The notes under the pieces are model-generated. The model saw nothing but the letters and a program-made list of their open reading frames with translations. It searched no databases and was not told the origin of the DNA. A program made the position numbers and the translations under genes. DNA of 64,000 nt from Candidatus Limnocylindria bacterium. GTDB lineage: Bacteria; Chloroflexota; Limnocylindria; P2-11E. The DNA lies in contig DASYXA010000062.1 in NCBI GenBank assembly GCA_035935465.1, positions 3,989-67,988 on the forward strand, read 5' to 3'. Positions 1-10,111 of the stretch are shown piece after piece (the stretch's first letter is position 1; every line of letters starts with the position of its first letter).

Positions 1-5
1 TCCGC

Positions 6-1763
6 GTGCTCAACGCGCTGGCGCGCCGCGGACTGCCGGCCCACTTCTCCGGCGGGGGACAGCTGTACGACCGGGAGGAGATCCGGCTCCTGGTCTCGTT
101 CCTCACCGCGGTCGCCGCGCCGTCCGACTCGCCCCAGGTCTACTTCCTCGCGACGTCGTCGCTGTATGCGTTCCCGCCCTCCGAGCTGGCGAAGCTCGCC
201 GAGGCCCAGACCCGCCGCCAGCGGCCGCTCCGGGACCTGTTCGAGGAAGTGGCCCGCGAGGAGGCGACCGGGTTCACCGCGGACGCCGTCGCGGCGGCGC
301 AGAAGCTCGTCGCCGACCTCGAGCGCTACGCGGCCCGCGCGGCGGAGCTCACCACCGCCGAGCTGCTGTTCGACTTCCTGGAGCGGTCGAAGCTCCTCGA
401 CCGGTACCGCGATCCGGACTCCGCGCTCGCGGAGGAGCAGGGGCGCAATGTGGCGAAGTTCCTCCGGCTGGTGCAGAGCGCGGGGAAGGCGCTGTCCTCG
501 GATCGCGCGTCGTTCGTCGTGCCCCACCTCCAGCTCCTGCGCGAGGCCGGAGACGATCCGGCTGCGGCCGACTTCGAGCAGTCCGAGACGGCGGTCAACG
601 TGCTCTCCATCCATAAGGCGAAGGGCCTCGAGTTCGGGGTCGTCTACCTCGTCGTCGCGACCGACGAGCGCCTACCGGGGAGCCTGCGGCTGCCGGACCT
701 GCGGCTGCCCGAGGGTCTGGCCCGGACGCCGCAGAGCGATCGCGACCGGCACGTCGCGGAGGAGCGCAGGCTCGCGTACGTCGCGATGACCCGGGCGAAG
801 GACGCGTTCTTCTTCACCAGCGCGACCGACTACGGCGGCACGCGCGGCCACCGGCCGAGCCGGTTCATCGGCGAGGCGCTCGGCCGTCGGCCCGCGGCGA
901 AGAACGTTCGGCTTGCCGCGTACGACGAGCTCCAGCGCTTCGCGGCACCCCCGGGCGAGGTCGACAGCCCCCTGCCGCGCCTCGGCGCCGACAACGTGCT
1001 CACCGTCTCGTACACCGAGATCGACGACTACCGCCGCTGCCCGCTGCGCTACCGATATGCCCATGTCCTCCGGATCCCGGTGCTCCCGACGCCGCCGCTG
1101 GTCTACGGGAGCGCGCTGCACCGGGCGGTCGCCGACTTCCTGCGGCGGAAGCGCGCGGGGGACACGCCGACCCTCGCGCAGCTCGAGGCGACGTTCCGCT
1201 CCTCGTGGGTCGGCGGTGGCTTCATCTCTCCGGACCACGAGACCGAACGCTTCGAAGCGGGGCTCGCCGCGCTCCGGCGGTTCTTCGCCGACGAGACCGG
1301 GACGCCCCCGCCGGACCTGGTCGAGCAGCGCTTCTCGTTCATGCTCGGGAACGACCGGGTGGTCGGCCAATGGGACCGGGTGGACCGGACCGCTGAGGGA
1401 GTCGTGGTCGCGGACTATAAGTCGAGCATCCTCGACGGGGAGGAGGACACGCCGCAGCGCCGGGCGGCGAAGAACATGCAGCTGCCGGTCTATGCCCTCG
1501 CGTACCAGAAGACCTTCGGCGAGCTCCCCGCGAAGACCGCCCTGATCTTCCTCGAGACCGGCCAGCGCGGCGAGGTGAAGCCGACGCACGAGGCGATGGG
1601 GGCGATCAGCGCGGTCATCTCGTCCACGGCCGCGAAGATCCGCGCCCGGGAGTTCGCCGCGGACCCGGAACGGCCCGAGGCTCGCACCTGCAGCCAGTGT
1701 CCGTACAACGCGATCTGCACCGAGTCGTGGACCGCGCGCCAGGTTCGCGGACGCGTGGTCTGA
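6..1763 (+). CDS. UvrD/REP-family helicase C-terminal part fused to a PD-(D/E)XK RecB-like nuclease with a 4-Cys Fe-S staple (AddA/AdnA/B-like); 5' end lies outside the window
   Basis: Helicase motifs V/VI ([10 protein letters not shown]; [14 protein letters not shown]); nuclease motifs ([21 protein letters not shown]); cysteines in RRCPLRY and [10 protein letters not shown]. Confidence 0.9.
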   Translation: MLNALARRGLPAHFSGGGQLYDREEIRLLVSFLTAVAAPSDSPQVYFLATSSLYAFPPSELAKLAEAQTRRQRPLRDLFEEVAREEATGFTADAVAAAQKLVADLERYAARAAELTTAELLFDFLERSKLLDRYRDPDSALAEEQGRNVAKFLRLVQSAGKALSSDRASFVVPHLQLLREAGDDPAAADFEQSETAVNVLSIHKAKGLEFGVVYLVVATDERLPGSLRLPDLRLPEGLARTPQSDRDRHVAEERRLAYVAMTRAKDAFFFTSATDYGGTRGHRPSRFIGEALGRRPAAKNVRLAAYDELQRFAAPPGEVDSPLPRLGADNVLTVSYTEIDDYRRCPLRYRYAHVLRIPVLPTPPLVYGSALHRAVADFLRRKRAGDTPTLAQLEATFRSSWVGGGFISPDHETERFEAGLAALRRFFADETGTPPPDLVEQRFSFMLGNDRVVGQWDRVDRTAEGVVVADYKSSILDGEEDTPQRRAAKNMQLPVYALAYQKTFGELPAKTALIFLETGQRGEVKPTHEAMGAISAVISSTAAKIRAREFAADPERPEARTCSQCPYNAICTESWTARQVRGRVV

Positions 1764-1780
1764 TGCTCAGAGAGTGCACC

Positions 1781-3013
1781 TCACTGCCTTTGCGCACGGA
1801 CAGAAACCAAAAGCGGTAGCGGGTGGCGCGGCGGGCGAACGAAGCGGACCAGGATGACCAGGGCGACCAGGATGGCGCCGGCGAGCAGCACGAACACCCC
1901 GCGGTAGCTGAACCGGGGAATGAACAGCTCCGCCGCCACGACGACCGAGGCCGGGATCGCGATCGACTCCGCCGCGGCCTTCAGGCCGGCGAAGACGCCG
2001 CTCTTCTCGGGCGGGACGAGTGACGCGAGGAGCGGCCAACCGGCCGCGGTCGCCGCACCGTTCCCGATCCCGGCGAGCAGCACGACGGCGATCGTCTCGG
2101 GGAGTCGCTGGATGACGATGCCGCCGCACGCCGCCACGGCGAGGAGCGTCCAGCCGGTCACGAGGACCGGTTTGGTCCCGACGCGGTCGGCGAGCTTCCC
2201 GAACGCCACCGCGGCGACGGCCGTGACGAGGAGCGTGCCGGCGGCGAGCGCGAGCGCGACCTGCTCCGTCTGGCCGATGTCGACGGTGATGAACAGGGTG
2301 AGGTAGGGAAGCACCGCGCTGAAGCCGACCATGAAGACGAAGGTCGCGCCGAGGTAGCCCATCGCCTGGCGGTGTCCGATCAGCTCCGCCAGGTAGCGCC
2401 GCAGCCCGAGCCGCTGCTCGGCGACGTCGACCATGTCGGGTTCGCGGACGCCGGCGACCGTGATCCCGAAGGTGACGATGAGGAGCACGGCGACGAGCAG
2501 GTAGGACCAGGCCGGGATCCCGCCGGCCCCCGCTGCGATCGAGATGAGCAGCAGGAACGCGACTTGGCTACCGAGCTGGATGGCGGTTGCGACCCCTTGC
2601 AGGATGCCGCGCCCGCCGAGGATGGTGATGTCGGCGAGGAGCGCGACGTAGGGATCGGCGGCGGCGTTGAAGAAGATCGAGAACAGAACGATGCCGATCG
2701 TCAGACCGAACACATCGTGCTGCGTCGCGGCGAAGAGGAAGAACGCCGCTGACAGCGGGATGCCGAGCGCGATGAACGGCCGCCGGCGCCCGAGCCGGGT
2801 CCGCATCCGGTCGGAGAGGGCACCGACCGCGGGCTGGATGATCGCGCCCTCGATGCTCCGGGTGCTCGAGAGCAGGCCGGTGAGGAGGTCGCTCGCCCCC
2901 GCGGCCTTGAGGAGCTGCGGGAGCACGAAGTTGTTGAACGCAAAGAACGCGCCGGCGCCGATCGAGCCGGCTGAGTACACGAGGGTCGTCGTCCGGGTCA
3001 GCGCGGTGGGCAT
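1781..3013 (-). CDS. MFS transporter (sugar/GPH-like)
   Basis: 410 aa, about 12 hydrophobic segments, motif A-like GALSDRMRTRLGRRRP and GKLADRVGTK. Confidence 0.9.
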   Translation of the reverse strand: MPTALTRTTTLVYSAGSIGAGAFFAFNNFVLPQLLKAAGASDLLTGLLSSTRSIEGAIIQPAVGALSDRMRTRLGRRRPFIALGIPLSAAFFLFAATQHDVFGLTIGIVLFSIFFNAAADPYVALLADITILGGRGILQGVATAIQLGSQVAFLLLISIAAGAGGIPAWSYLLVAVLLIVTFGITVAGVREPDMVDVAEQRLGLRRYLAELIGHRQAMGYLGATFVFMVGFSAVLPYLTLFITVDIGQTEQVALALAAGTLLVTAVAAVAFGKLADRVGTKPVLVTGWTLLAVAACGGIVIQRLPETIAVVLLAGIGNGAATAAGWPLLASLVPPEKSGVFAGLKAAAESIAIPASVVVAAELFIPRFSYRGVFVLLAGAILVALVILVRFVRPPRHPLPLLVSVRAQRQ

Positions 3014-3113
3014 CGCCGGGGACCCTAGTGATACCTATATTGGTTGCGAACGAACGCCCGTTCTAGCAGTATCGTGGCGCTCCAGCGGTAGCTCGAGGAA
3101 GGAGGCGGCGCAC

Positions 3114-4220
3114 ATGGAGCTCCTCGCCGGCGCGATCGTCCTCGCGACCGCGGGCGCGGTCGTTGTGGCGCTCCTCCTGCGCCGGCGCCCGCCGGATGCG
3201 CCGCTTGCCCTGCTCCAGCAGGGGCTGCGGGCCGATGCGGCGCAGGTCCAGCAGACCCTGGCCGAGCTGCGCGCCGCCAACGCGCAGGCCCTCGCCGACC
3301 TGCGGGCCGAGCTCCAGCGCTCGCTCGGCGCGACGGAGCAGCAGGTCCTCACCCAGACGGGGTCGACGCAGCGCACGCTCGGGGAGCTCGGCGCGACGCT
3401 CGCGACCCTCGGTGAGCAGAGCGCGCGGATCGGCGAGCTGGCGAAGGACGTCGGGTCGCTCAACGACCTCTTCCGCGCGCCGAAGCTGCGCGGCGGGTTC
3501 GGCGAGCTGATGCTCGAGCGCGTGCTCGCCGACAACCTGCCCGCCACCGCGTACCAGCTCCAGTACGGCTACCGCGACGGCTCGCGCGTCGACGCGGTCG
3601 TGAAGTTCGCTGACCGTCTGGTACCGATCGACGCGAAGTTCCCGATCGAATCGTTCAACGCCCTCTCCGCCGCGGTGGACGACGCCGAGCGCGCGTCACG
3701 GCGGCGGGCGTTCGTGCAGCAGGTGAAGCGCCATGTTGACGCGGTCGCGCGCTACATCGCGCCGGGCGAGGGGACGATCGATTTCGCGTTCCTCTACTTC
3801 CCGGCCGAGGCGGTGTACTACGCCGCGGCGGTCGCCGAGGCCGATCTGCGCGAGTACTGCTCCGAGCGCCACGTGCTCCCGACGTCGCCGAACACCCTCG
3901 TCGCCTATCTGCAGATGGTGTCGCTCGGGCTGCGCGGCCTCGCGATGGAGGAGCGCACCCGCGAGCTCAACGAGAACATCCGGCGCGCCGGCCTCGAGAT
4001 CGAGAACTTCCGGCTCATGCACGACACGCTCGGGAAGCATCTCGAGAACGCGACGAAGAAGTACGCCGAGTCGCTGCGCGGGCTCGACCGCGCGGCCGAC
4101 GCGGTCGAGGCGGTCGGCCGGCCACTCCAGGCGACGCAGCAGACCACCCTCCCCCTCACCGGTGAAGAGGCAAGCAGCGTCCGGCAGCTGCCGTTCGTCG
4201 CGCGCGGGGACGATCGCTGA
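3114..4220 (+). CDS. rmuC: DNA recombination protein RmuC
   Basis: N-terminal TM, coiled coil, KLRGGFGELML, PIDAKFP, DFAFLYFPAEAVY, TSPNTL; GGAGG SD before ATG 3114 (the ORF track starts too early). Confidence 0.9.
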   Translation: MELLAGAIVLATAGAVVVALLLRRRPPDAPLALLQQGLRADAAQVQQTLAELRAANAQALADLRAELQRSLGATEQQVLTQTGSTQRTLGELGATLATLGEQSARIGELAKDVGSLNDLFRAPKLRGGFGELMLERVLADNLPATAYQLQYGYRDGSRVDAVVKFADRLVPIDAKFPIESFNALSAAVDDAERASRRRAFVQQVKRHVDAVARYIAPGEGTIDFAFLYFPAEAVYYAAAVAEADLREYCSERHVLPTSPNTLVAYLQMVSLGLRGLAMEERTRELNENIRRAGLEIENFRLMHDTLGKHLENATKKYAESLRGLDRAADAVEAVGRPLQATQQTTLPLTGEEASSVRQLPFVARGDDR

Positions 4221-4573
4221 CCGGAACCCTCCTGACGATCGCGGCGGCCGGCATCGCCATCGTCGCCTTCACGGTCGCCACTCGCGACCCGGACGGCCCG
4301 CAGAGCGTCGGGCTCGTGGTCGCGGGCGGCGCCATCGCGATCGGCGCACTCGCCGCGCTGGGGCTCGTCTCCGCCGCGACGCGCCGGACGCGGCGCGGGA
4401 CGGGCCGCGCCGTGGCGGTCGCGGCGGCCCTCCGGCGTGGCGCGATGGCCGGCTGCGCGGTCGCCCTGCTGGCGCTGCTCCGCGTCGTTGACGGGCTCAC
4501 GCCGCTCACCGCGGTCTTCGTGATCGCGCCGTTCGTGGTCGCCGAGGCGGTGCTCGCGACGCGCCGAGGCTGA
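4217..4573 (+). CDS. Small multi-TM hypothetical protein; probable CTG start overlapping the rmuC stop (CTGA)
   Basis: Hydrophobic in-frame segment LTGTLLTIAAAGIAIVAFTVA lies upstream of the first canonical start (4316); host-like codon usage. Confidence 0.6.
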   Translation: MTGTLLTIAAAGIAIVAFTVATRDPDGPQSVGLVVAGGAIAIGALAALGLVSAATRRTRRGTGRAVAVAAALRRGAMAGCAVALLALLRVVDGLTPLTAVFVIAPFVVAEAVLATRRG

Positions 4574-4601
4574 GCGCTCGGATACGCTCGGACGGCCGCC
4601 A

Positions 4602-5786
4602 ATGAACATGGATCTCCAGCCACTGAAGCAGCGCGCGGCCGCGCGCATCGATGCCGACGCCGGGGCGCTCGACCGGCTCGCGCTCGCGATCCACGATCAC
4701 CCCGAGCTGGGCTACCAGGAGCACTTCGCGTCCGCGGCGCTCGCCGATCACCTTGCCGAGGGGGGCTTCGCCGTGACCCGTGGCGCGGGCGGCGTCGAGA
4801 CCGCGTTCGTCGCGGAGCGGAAGAACGGCAGCGGGCCGACCGTGGCGATCTGCGCGGAGTACGACGCGCTCGCCGGGATCGGTCACGGCTGCGGCCACAA
4901 TCTCATCGCCACCGCCGGCGTGGGCGCGTACATCGGCGCCGCGACGGTCGCCGGGGAGCTGCGCGGCACCCTGCGGCTGATCGGCACGCCCGCGGAGGAG
5001 GGCGGAGCCGGAAAGGTGAAGCTCCACGCGGCCGGCGTGTTCGACGGCGTCGACGCGGCGATGATGTTCCACCCGGCCGACCTGGACGTGCTCGACCCGC
5101 TGATGGTCTCGCTCCGCGTCCTCGAGCTCGAGTTCCGGGGCAAGGCGGCGCACGCGGCCGCGGCACCGTACGCGGGCGTGAACGCGCTCGACGCGCTCAT
5201 GCTCGGGTGGGGCGCGCTGTCGGCGCTGCGTCAGCTCGTGCGGACCGACTCGCGGATCCACGGGATCGTCACCGATGGCGGGCAGGCCGCGAACATCATC
5301 CCCGAGCGCGCGGCCGCGAAGATCGTGGTGCGCGCGGCCGACCCGTCCTACCTGGGGGACCTGCGCCGGCGCGTGCTCGCCTGCTTCGAGGGCGCGGCGA
5401 CGGCCACCGGCGCCGAGCTGCGCTACGCGTGGGGTGAGGCGATGGACATGGTCACCACGAATCAGCCGCTGGCCGCCGCGTTCGGGGAGAACGCGCGCGC
5501 GCTCGGCCGCGCGCTCGGTCCGCGCCGTCCAGGCGAGACGTCCGGCTCGACCGACATGGGCAACATCAGCTCGATCATCCCCTCGATCCATCCGTTCCTC
5601 TCGGTGACGGACGGGCGGGTGCCGTGGCACTCCCGTGACTTCGCGGCCGCGTCACGGACGCCGCGCGCCCTCGAGACGATGCACATCGCCGCGAAGGCGC
5701 TCGCCTTCACGGCCATCGATCTGCTCGGACGGCCGGAGCTCCTGAAGCAGGCGCGGGCCGCGTTCACCCCACCGCGGGCGAAGTGA
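4602..5786 (+). CDS. M20 family amidohydrolase (ACY1L2/PM20D2-like)
   Basis: AEYDAL, HGCGHN, GTPAEEGG, MFHP, GKAAHAA, GSTDMGN motifs. Confidence 0.9.
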   Translation: MNMDLQPLKQRAAARIDADAGALDRLALAIHDHPELGYQEHFASAALADHLAEGGFAVTRGAGGVETAFVAERKNGSGPTVAICAEYDALAGIGHGCGHNLIATAGVGAYIGAATVAGELRGTLRLIGTPAEEGGAGKVKLHAAGVFDGVDAAMMFHPADLDVLDPLMVSLRVLELEFRGKAAHAAAAPYAGVNALDALMLGWGALSALRQLVRTDSRIHGIVTDGGQAANIIPERAAAKIVVRAADPSYLGDLRRRVLACFEGAATATGAELRYAWGEAMDMVTTNQPLAAAFGENARALGRALGPRRPGETSGSTDMGNISSIIPSIHPFLSVTDGRVPWHSRDFAAASRTPRALETMHIAAKALAFTAIDLLGRPELLKQARAAFTPPRAK

Positions 5787-7366
5787 CCGACCTCCTCATC
5801 CAGGGCGGCACGGTCATCGACGGGACCGGGGCGCCGGGCCGGCGTGCCGACGTGGCGGTGAAGGCCGGCCGGATCACGGCGATCGGCGACCTCGGGACGG
5901 GCTCCGGCGCTCGCACCATCGACGCCCGCGGCCGGGCGGTGAGCCCGGGCTTCATCGACATCCACTCACACTCGGACGAGTCCGTCCTCGTGAATCCGGC
6001 CCTCGAGAGCACGGTCCATCAGGGTGTGACCTGCGTCGTCGCCGGCAACTGCGGCGGGGCGTCCGCCCCGGTCATGGGCCTCGCGGCGGAGGAGCTCGAC
6101 CGCGACCTCGCGCGGTACGACCTCGAGCGCACCTGGACCGCCTTCGGCGAGTACGCGGCGGCGGTCGAGCGGTCGGGCAGCGCGATCAACTTCTCCTCGT
6201 TCGTCGGGCACGGGACCTTGCGGATGTGCGTCATGGGCGCGGATGACCGCGCGCCGACGGGCGGCGAGCTGGCGGCGATGACGGCGCTCCTCGCGCAGTC
6301 GCTCGAGGACGGCGCGATCGGGCTCTCGACCGGGCTGATCTACCCGCCGAGCGCCTACGGCACGACGGACGAGATCAGCGCGCTCGCGACCGTCGTGCGC
6401 GAACGCGACGGCCTCTACGCGAGCCACATCCGCAACGAGGGTGACGAGCTGTTCGCGGCGATCGAGGAGAGCCTCGAGATCGGCCGCCGCAGCGGCGTTC
6501 GCGTGCAGCTGTCGCATCACAAGGCGTCGCAGCGGCGGAACTGGGGCAAGGTGAAGGAGTCCACGGCGATGATCGAGCGAGCCCAGCAGGCCGGCATCGA
6601 CGTCAGCGCGGACCAGTACCCGTACACGGCGTCGTCGACCGGACTGGCCGTGACGATCCCGAAGTGGGCGCACGCCGGCGGCTCGATGGCGCTCTGTGGG
6701 CGGCTGGCGGATCCGGCCGTGCGGCAGCGGATCCGCGGCGAGTACACCGAGACCGAACGCAACTGGGCGCACATCGTGATCGCGCGCGCGGCGCAGCACC
6801 CCGAATGGTCGGGGAAGAGCGTCGCGGAGCTCGCGGACGCTGCGAGGCGTGATCCCCTGGAGTGGACCTGCGACGCGCTCATCGCGCACGACGGCGCGAT
6901 CGACATCATCCATCACTCGATGGACGAGGCCGACGTCCGCTACGTCATGGCGAAGCCGTGGGTCTGCGCCGGTAGCGACTCGCGCGCGAACGCACCGTAC
7001 GGGCCGCTGTCGTTCGGCAAGCCGCACCCGCGGTCGTACGGGACTTTCCCGCGGATCCTCGGTCACTACGCCCGCGAGCTCGGCGTCATCACGCTCGAGG
7101 AGGCGGTGCGGAAGATGACCTCGCTCACCGCGTCGCGGCTGCGGCTGCGCGATCGGGGCGCCGTCCGTGAAGGCGCGTGGGCCGACCTCGTCGTCTTCGA
7201 CCCGGAGCGGATCATCGACGACGCGACCTACGACGATCCGCATCGCTATCCGAAGGGGATCGACCACGTGATCGTGAACGGCGAGGTCGTGACCCATGGC
7301 GACGAGACCCTGGCCGCCCGGCCGGGACGGTTCCTCCGGCTCGGCCGCGATACCGGTCATGCCTGA
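5783..7366 (+). CDS. N-acyl-D-amino-acid deacylase (D-aminoacylase)
   Basis: PGFIDIHSHSD, ASHIRNE, SHHK, GSD, HPRSYGTFPR; GTGA overlap with upstream gene. Confidence 0.9.
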   Translation: MTDLLIQGGTVIDGTGAPGRRADVAVKAGRITAIGDLGTGSGARTIDARGRAVSPGFIDIHSHSDESVLVNPALESTVHQGVTCVVAGNCGGASAPVMGLAAEELDRDLARYDLERTWTAFGEYAAAVERSGSAINFSSFVGHGTLRMCVMGADDRAPTGGELAAMTALLAQSLEDGAIGLSTGLIYPPSAYGTTDEISALATVVRERDGLYASHIRNEGDELFAAIEESLEIGRRSGVRVQLSHHKASQRRNWGKVKESTAMIERAQQAGIDVSADQYPYTASSTGLAVTIPKWAHAGGSMALCGRLADPAVRQRIRGEYTETERNWAHIVIARAAQHPEWSGKSVAELADAARRDPLEWTCDALIAHDGAIDIIHHSMDEADVRYVMAKPWVCAGSDSRANAPYGPLSFGKPHPRSYGTFPRILGHYARELGVITLEEAVRKMTSLTASRLRLRDRGAVREGAWADLVVFDPERIIDDATYDDPHRYPKGIDHVIVNGEVVTHGDETLAARPGRFLRLGRDTGHA

Positions 7367-8414
7367 ACACCCGCGCGTCGCGATCCTCGCGGAGGGCCTG
7401 CTCACGCGCCAGACCGCGAAGACGGCGATCGGGGTGATCCGCTACGCGCCGTATCCGGTCGTCGCCGTCGTCGACTCGACGCGGGCCGGCAGCGATGCGG
7501 CGGGCGCGATCGGCGTCGGCGCCGGCATCCCCGTCGTGGCGACGGTCGCCGAGGCGGTCGCGCGCGGCGCGACGGTGCTCCTCATCGGGACCGCCGCGCC
7601 GGGTGGACGGATCGCCGACGGCTTCCGGCCCCACCTGGCTCGCGCGCTCGAGTCGGGCTTGACGGTGTGGAGTGGGCTCCACGAGCGCGTGCTCGCGGAT
7701 CCGGCGTTGCGCGAGGCCGCGGCGCGCGGCGGCGGGCAGGTCCGCGAGCTGCGGGCGCCGCCCGCCGATCTTCCGGTGGGCGGGCATCGGGCGCGGCGCG
7801 CTGGCACGCACGTCGTCCTCACGGTCGGCTCGGACGCCGCGGTGGGGAAGATGACGGTCGCGCTCGAGCTGGTGCGGGCCCTCGATCGAACGGGACGGCG
7901 CGCGGCGTTCGTGGCGACGGGTCAGACCGGGATCGCGATCGCGGGTCAGGGGATCTCCGTCGATGCGGTCGTCGCGGACTTCATCGCCGGCGCAGCCGAG
8001 CGGATGGTCTGCGATGCGGCCGACTCCGCCGACTGGGTCGTCGTCGAAGGGCAGGGGTCGCTGACGCATCCGGGCTTCTCCGGCGTCACGCTGGGGCTCT
8101 TGCACGGCAGCGCCCCGGACGTCCTCGTGCTCTGCCACGACGCCGCCCGGACCGACGTGAAGGGCTTCCCCGGTCTTCCGCTGAGGTCGCTGCGCGAGCT
8201 CGTGACGCTCTACGAGGGCGCCGCGCTGTGGAGCCGGCCGGCCGGCGCGCGCGTTCCGGTGGTCGCCGTCGCGCTCAACACGAGCGCGCTGGACGACGCT
8301 GCCGCGGCACGCGCGGCCGCGACGGCGTCGGAGGACACGGGGCTGCCCGCCGCGGACCCGGTGCGCGAGGGGGCCGCGGGCGCGGACCGGCTGGCGGCGG
8401 CCGTGCTCCGGTGA
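7359..8414 (+). CDS. DUF1611 family protein (DgcN-like D-Glu N-acetyltransferase)
   Basis: AKTAIGVIRY, GSDAAVGKMT P-loop, ATGQTGI, VVEGQGSL, GLLHGSAPD; ATG at 7359. Confidence 0.85.
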   Translation: MPEHPRVAILAEGLLTRQTAKTAIGVIRYAPYPVVAVVDSTRAGSDAAGAIGVGAGIPVVATVAEAVARGATVLLIGTAAPGGRIADGFRPHLARALESGLTVWSGLHERVLADPALREAAARGGGQVRELRAPPADLPVGGHRARRAGTHVVLTVGSDAAVGKMTVALELVRALDRTGRRAAFVATGQTGIAIAGQGISVDAVVADFIAGAAERMVCDAADSADWVVVEGQGSLTHPGFSGVTLGLLHGSAPDVLVLCHDAARTDVKGFPGLPLRSLRELVTLYEGAALWSRPAGARVPVVAVALNTSALDDAAAARAAATASEDTGLPAADPVREGAAGADRLAAAVLR

Positions 8415-9433
8415 AGCTCATCGTCCGCACGGTCGACGTGCACCTCGCCGTGCCGTTCGCGATCTCGCGCGCGGTGCGGACGGAGAAACGCGTCGTGCTC
8501 GTCGAGCTCGATGAGGGTCCACGCGTCGCGTACGGGGAGGCCTCGCCCGATCCGTTCTTCGGCGAGACGGCCGAGTCGCTCGAGGCCGATGTGCGGAGCG
8601 CGCTCGAGCTGATGCCGGAGGATCCGGCGGATCTCGGGACCCTCCGCGGACGGCTCGACGCGCGTTTCCCGCATGGTGGCGGCGCGGCATGCGCGCTCGA
8701 CATCCTCGCGCACGACCGCGCGGCGCAGGCCCGGGGCGAGCCGCTGCGCACGTTCCTCGGCCTCGCGCCGGGCGAGGCGCCGCCGACGTCGTTCACGCTC
8801 GGGATCGCCGAGCCCGGGCTCATGGCCGCGCGCGCCAGCGCCGCGAAGGCGCAGGGCTTCACCGTGCTGAAGGTGAAGCTGGGCCAGGGGGACGACGGCG
8901 AGATCCTCGACGCGGTCCGTCGCGTCTTCGACGGGACGATCCGCGTCGACCCGAACGCCGCCTGGACGCCCGCGGAGGCGCCGGCGCGCATCGAGCGGAT
9001 CGCGCAGTACGGCATCGAGTTCGTCGAGCAGCCGGTCGCGCCGCAGGACCTCGACGGTCTCCGCTACGTGCGGGAGCGCAGCGTCCTGCCGATCGTCGCG
9101 GACGAAGCCGCGGTCCGGCTCGCGGACATCGACCGGCTCGCCGGAGCGTGCGACGGCATCAACGTGAAGCTGCAGAAGTGCGGAGGTATCGCGGAGGCGC
9201 GGGCGATGATCGAGCGCGCGCACGGGCTCGGGCTCAAGGTCATGCTCGGGTGCCGCGCGGCGGAGACGAGCGTCGCGATCGCGGCCGCCGCGCACCTCGC
9301 GCCGGCGGTGGAGTGGGCCGACCTCGACGGCAACCTGCTCATCGTCGACGACCCGTTCATCGCGGTGCCGGTGGAGCGCGGCCGCTTCGTGTTCAGCGAC
9401 CGGCCCGGGCTCGGCGTGCTGCCGCGCGCATGA
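8411..9433 (+). CDS. Enolase-superfamily dipeptide epimerase / N-acetyl-D-Glu racemase (AEE/DgcA-like)
   Basis: LKVKLG, VDPN, VEQP, ADE, INVKLQK, ADLDG; GTG at 8411 overlaps upstream stop. Confidence 0.9.
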   Translation: MKLIVRTVDVHLAVPFAISRAVRTEKRVVLVELDEGPRVAYGEASPDPFFGETAESLEADVRSALELMPEDPADLGTLRGRLDARFPHGGGAACALDILAHDRAAQARGEPLRTFLGLAPGEAPPTSFTLGIAEPGLMAARASAAKAQGFTVLKVKLGQGDDGEILDAVRRVFDGTIRVDPNAAWTPAEAPARIERIAQYGIEFVEQPVAPQDLDGLRYVRERSVLPIVADEAAVRLADIDRLAGACDGINVKLQKCGGIAEARAMIERAHGLGLKVMLGCRAAETSVAIAAAAHLAPAVEWADLDGNLLIVDDPFIAVPVERGRFVFSDRPGLGVLPRA

Positions 9434-10101
9434 CCCGGCGGTGGGAGACGGCGCTGGTCGCGATCGCCTTCGCGGTCGGCGGCCTCGTCGCGCTCGCGCT
9501 GACCTATGCCGGTCCTGCGACCTACACCGACATCGCGACGCACGAGGGCTTCGCCACCATCTCGTTCCGCGAGCGTGACGGCAGCCTGCGGCCGATGCGG
9601 CTCGCCGAGCTCGTCGGTATCCATGACGGCTGGATCCGCTACGTCACCGGGCGCGGTGATCCGCCCGGTGGGACGACGGTGCCCGACTTCTTCACCCGCG
9701 ACGAGCAGGCCCACATGGCCGACGTCCGTGCGGTGTTCGTCGGCTTCGAGCTGGCCGCGGTGGTCGCGGTCGGGATCGCCGTGATCGTGCCGCTGCTCGC
9801 GGCGAAGCGGTCGCGCGCGGCGGCGCTCACGCTCGTGCGCGACGGGGCCATCGCCGCCGGCGCCGGCACCGCGCTCGTCGCAGCCGTCGCCGCGACGGCG
9901 TTCGATCCGCTGTTCCTCGCCTTCCACGAGGTGTTCTTCCCGCGGGGGAACTTCCTGTTCGGGCCGGGGTCGAACCTCATCGCCATGTATCCCGACGCGT
10001 ACTGGTACGGGGTCACCCTCCGGGTGGGGCTCACGTTCGTCGCCGTGATGGCGCTGATCGCGATCGCCCTGTCCGCGACGTCGCGCCAGGCCCGTCGTTA
10101 G
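9430..10101 (+). CDS. DUF1461 / TIGR01906-like integral membrane protein
   Basis: EQAHMADVR, FDPLFLAFHEVFF, NLIAMYP motifs; 4 TM segments. Confidence 0.75.
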   Translation: MTRRWETALVAIAFAVGGLVALALTYAGPATYTDIATHEGFATISFRERDGSLRPMRLAELVGIHDGWIRYVTGRGDPPGGTTVPDFFTRDEQAHMADVRAVFVGFELAAVVAVGIAVIVPLLAAKRSRAAALTLVRDGAIAAGAGTALVAAVAATAFDPLFLAFHEVFFPRGNFLFGPGSNLIAMYPDAYWYGVTLRVGLTFVAVMALIAIALSATSRQARR

Positions 10102-10111
10102 ACTCGCGAAC

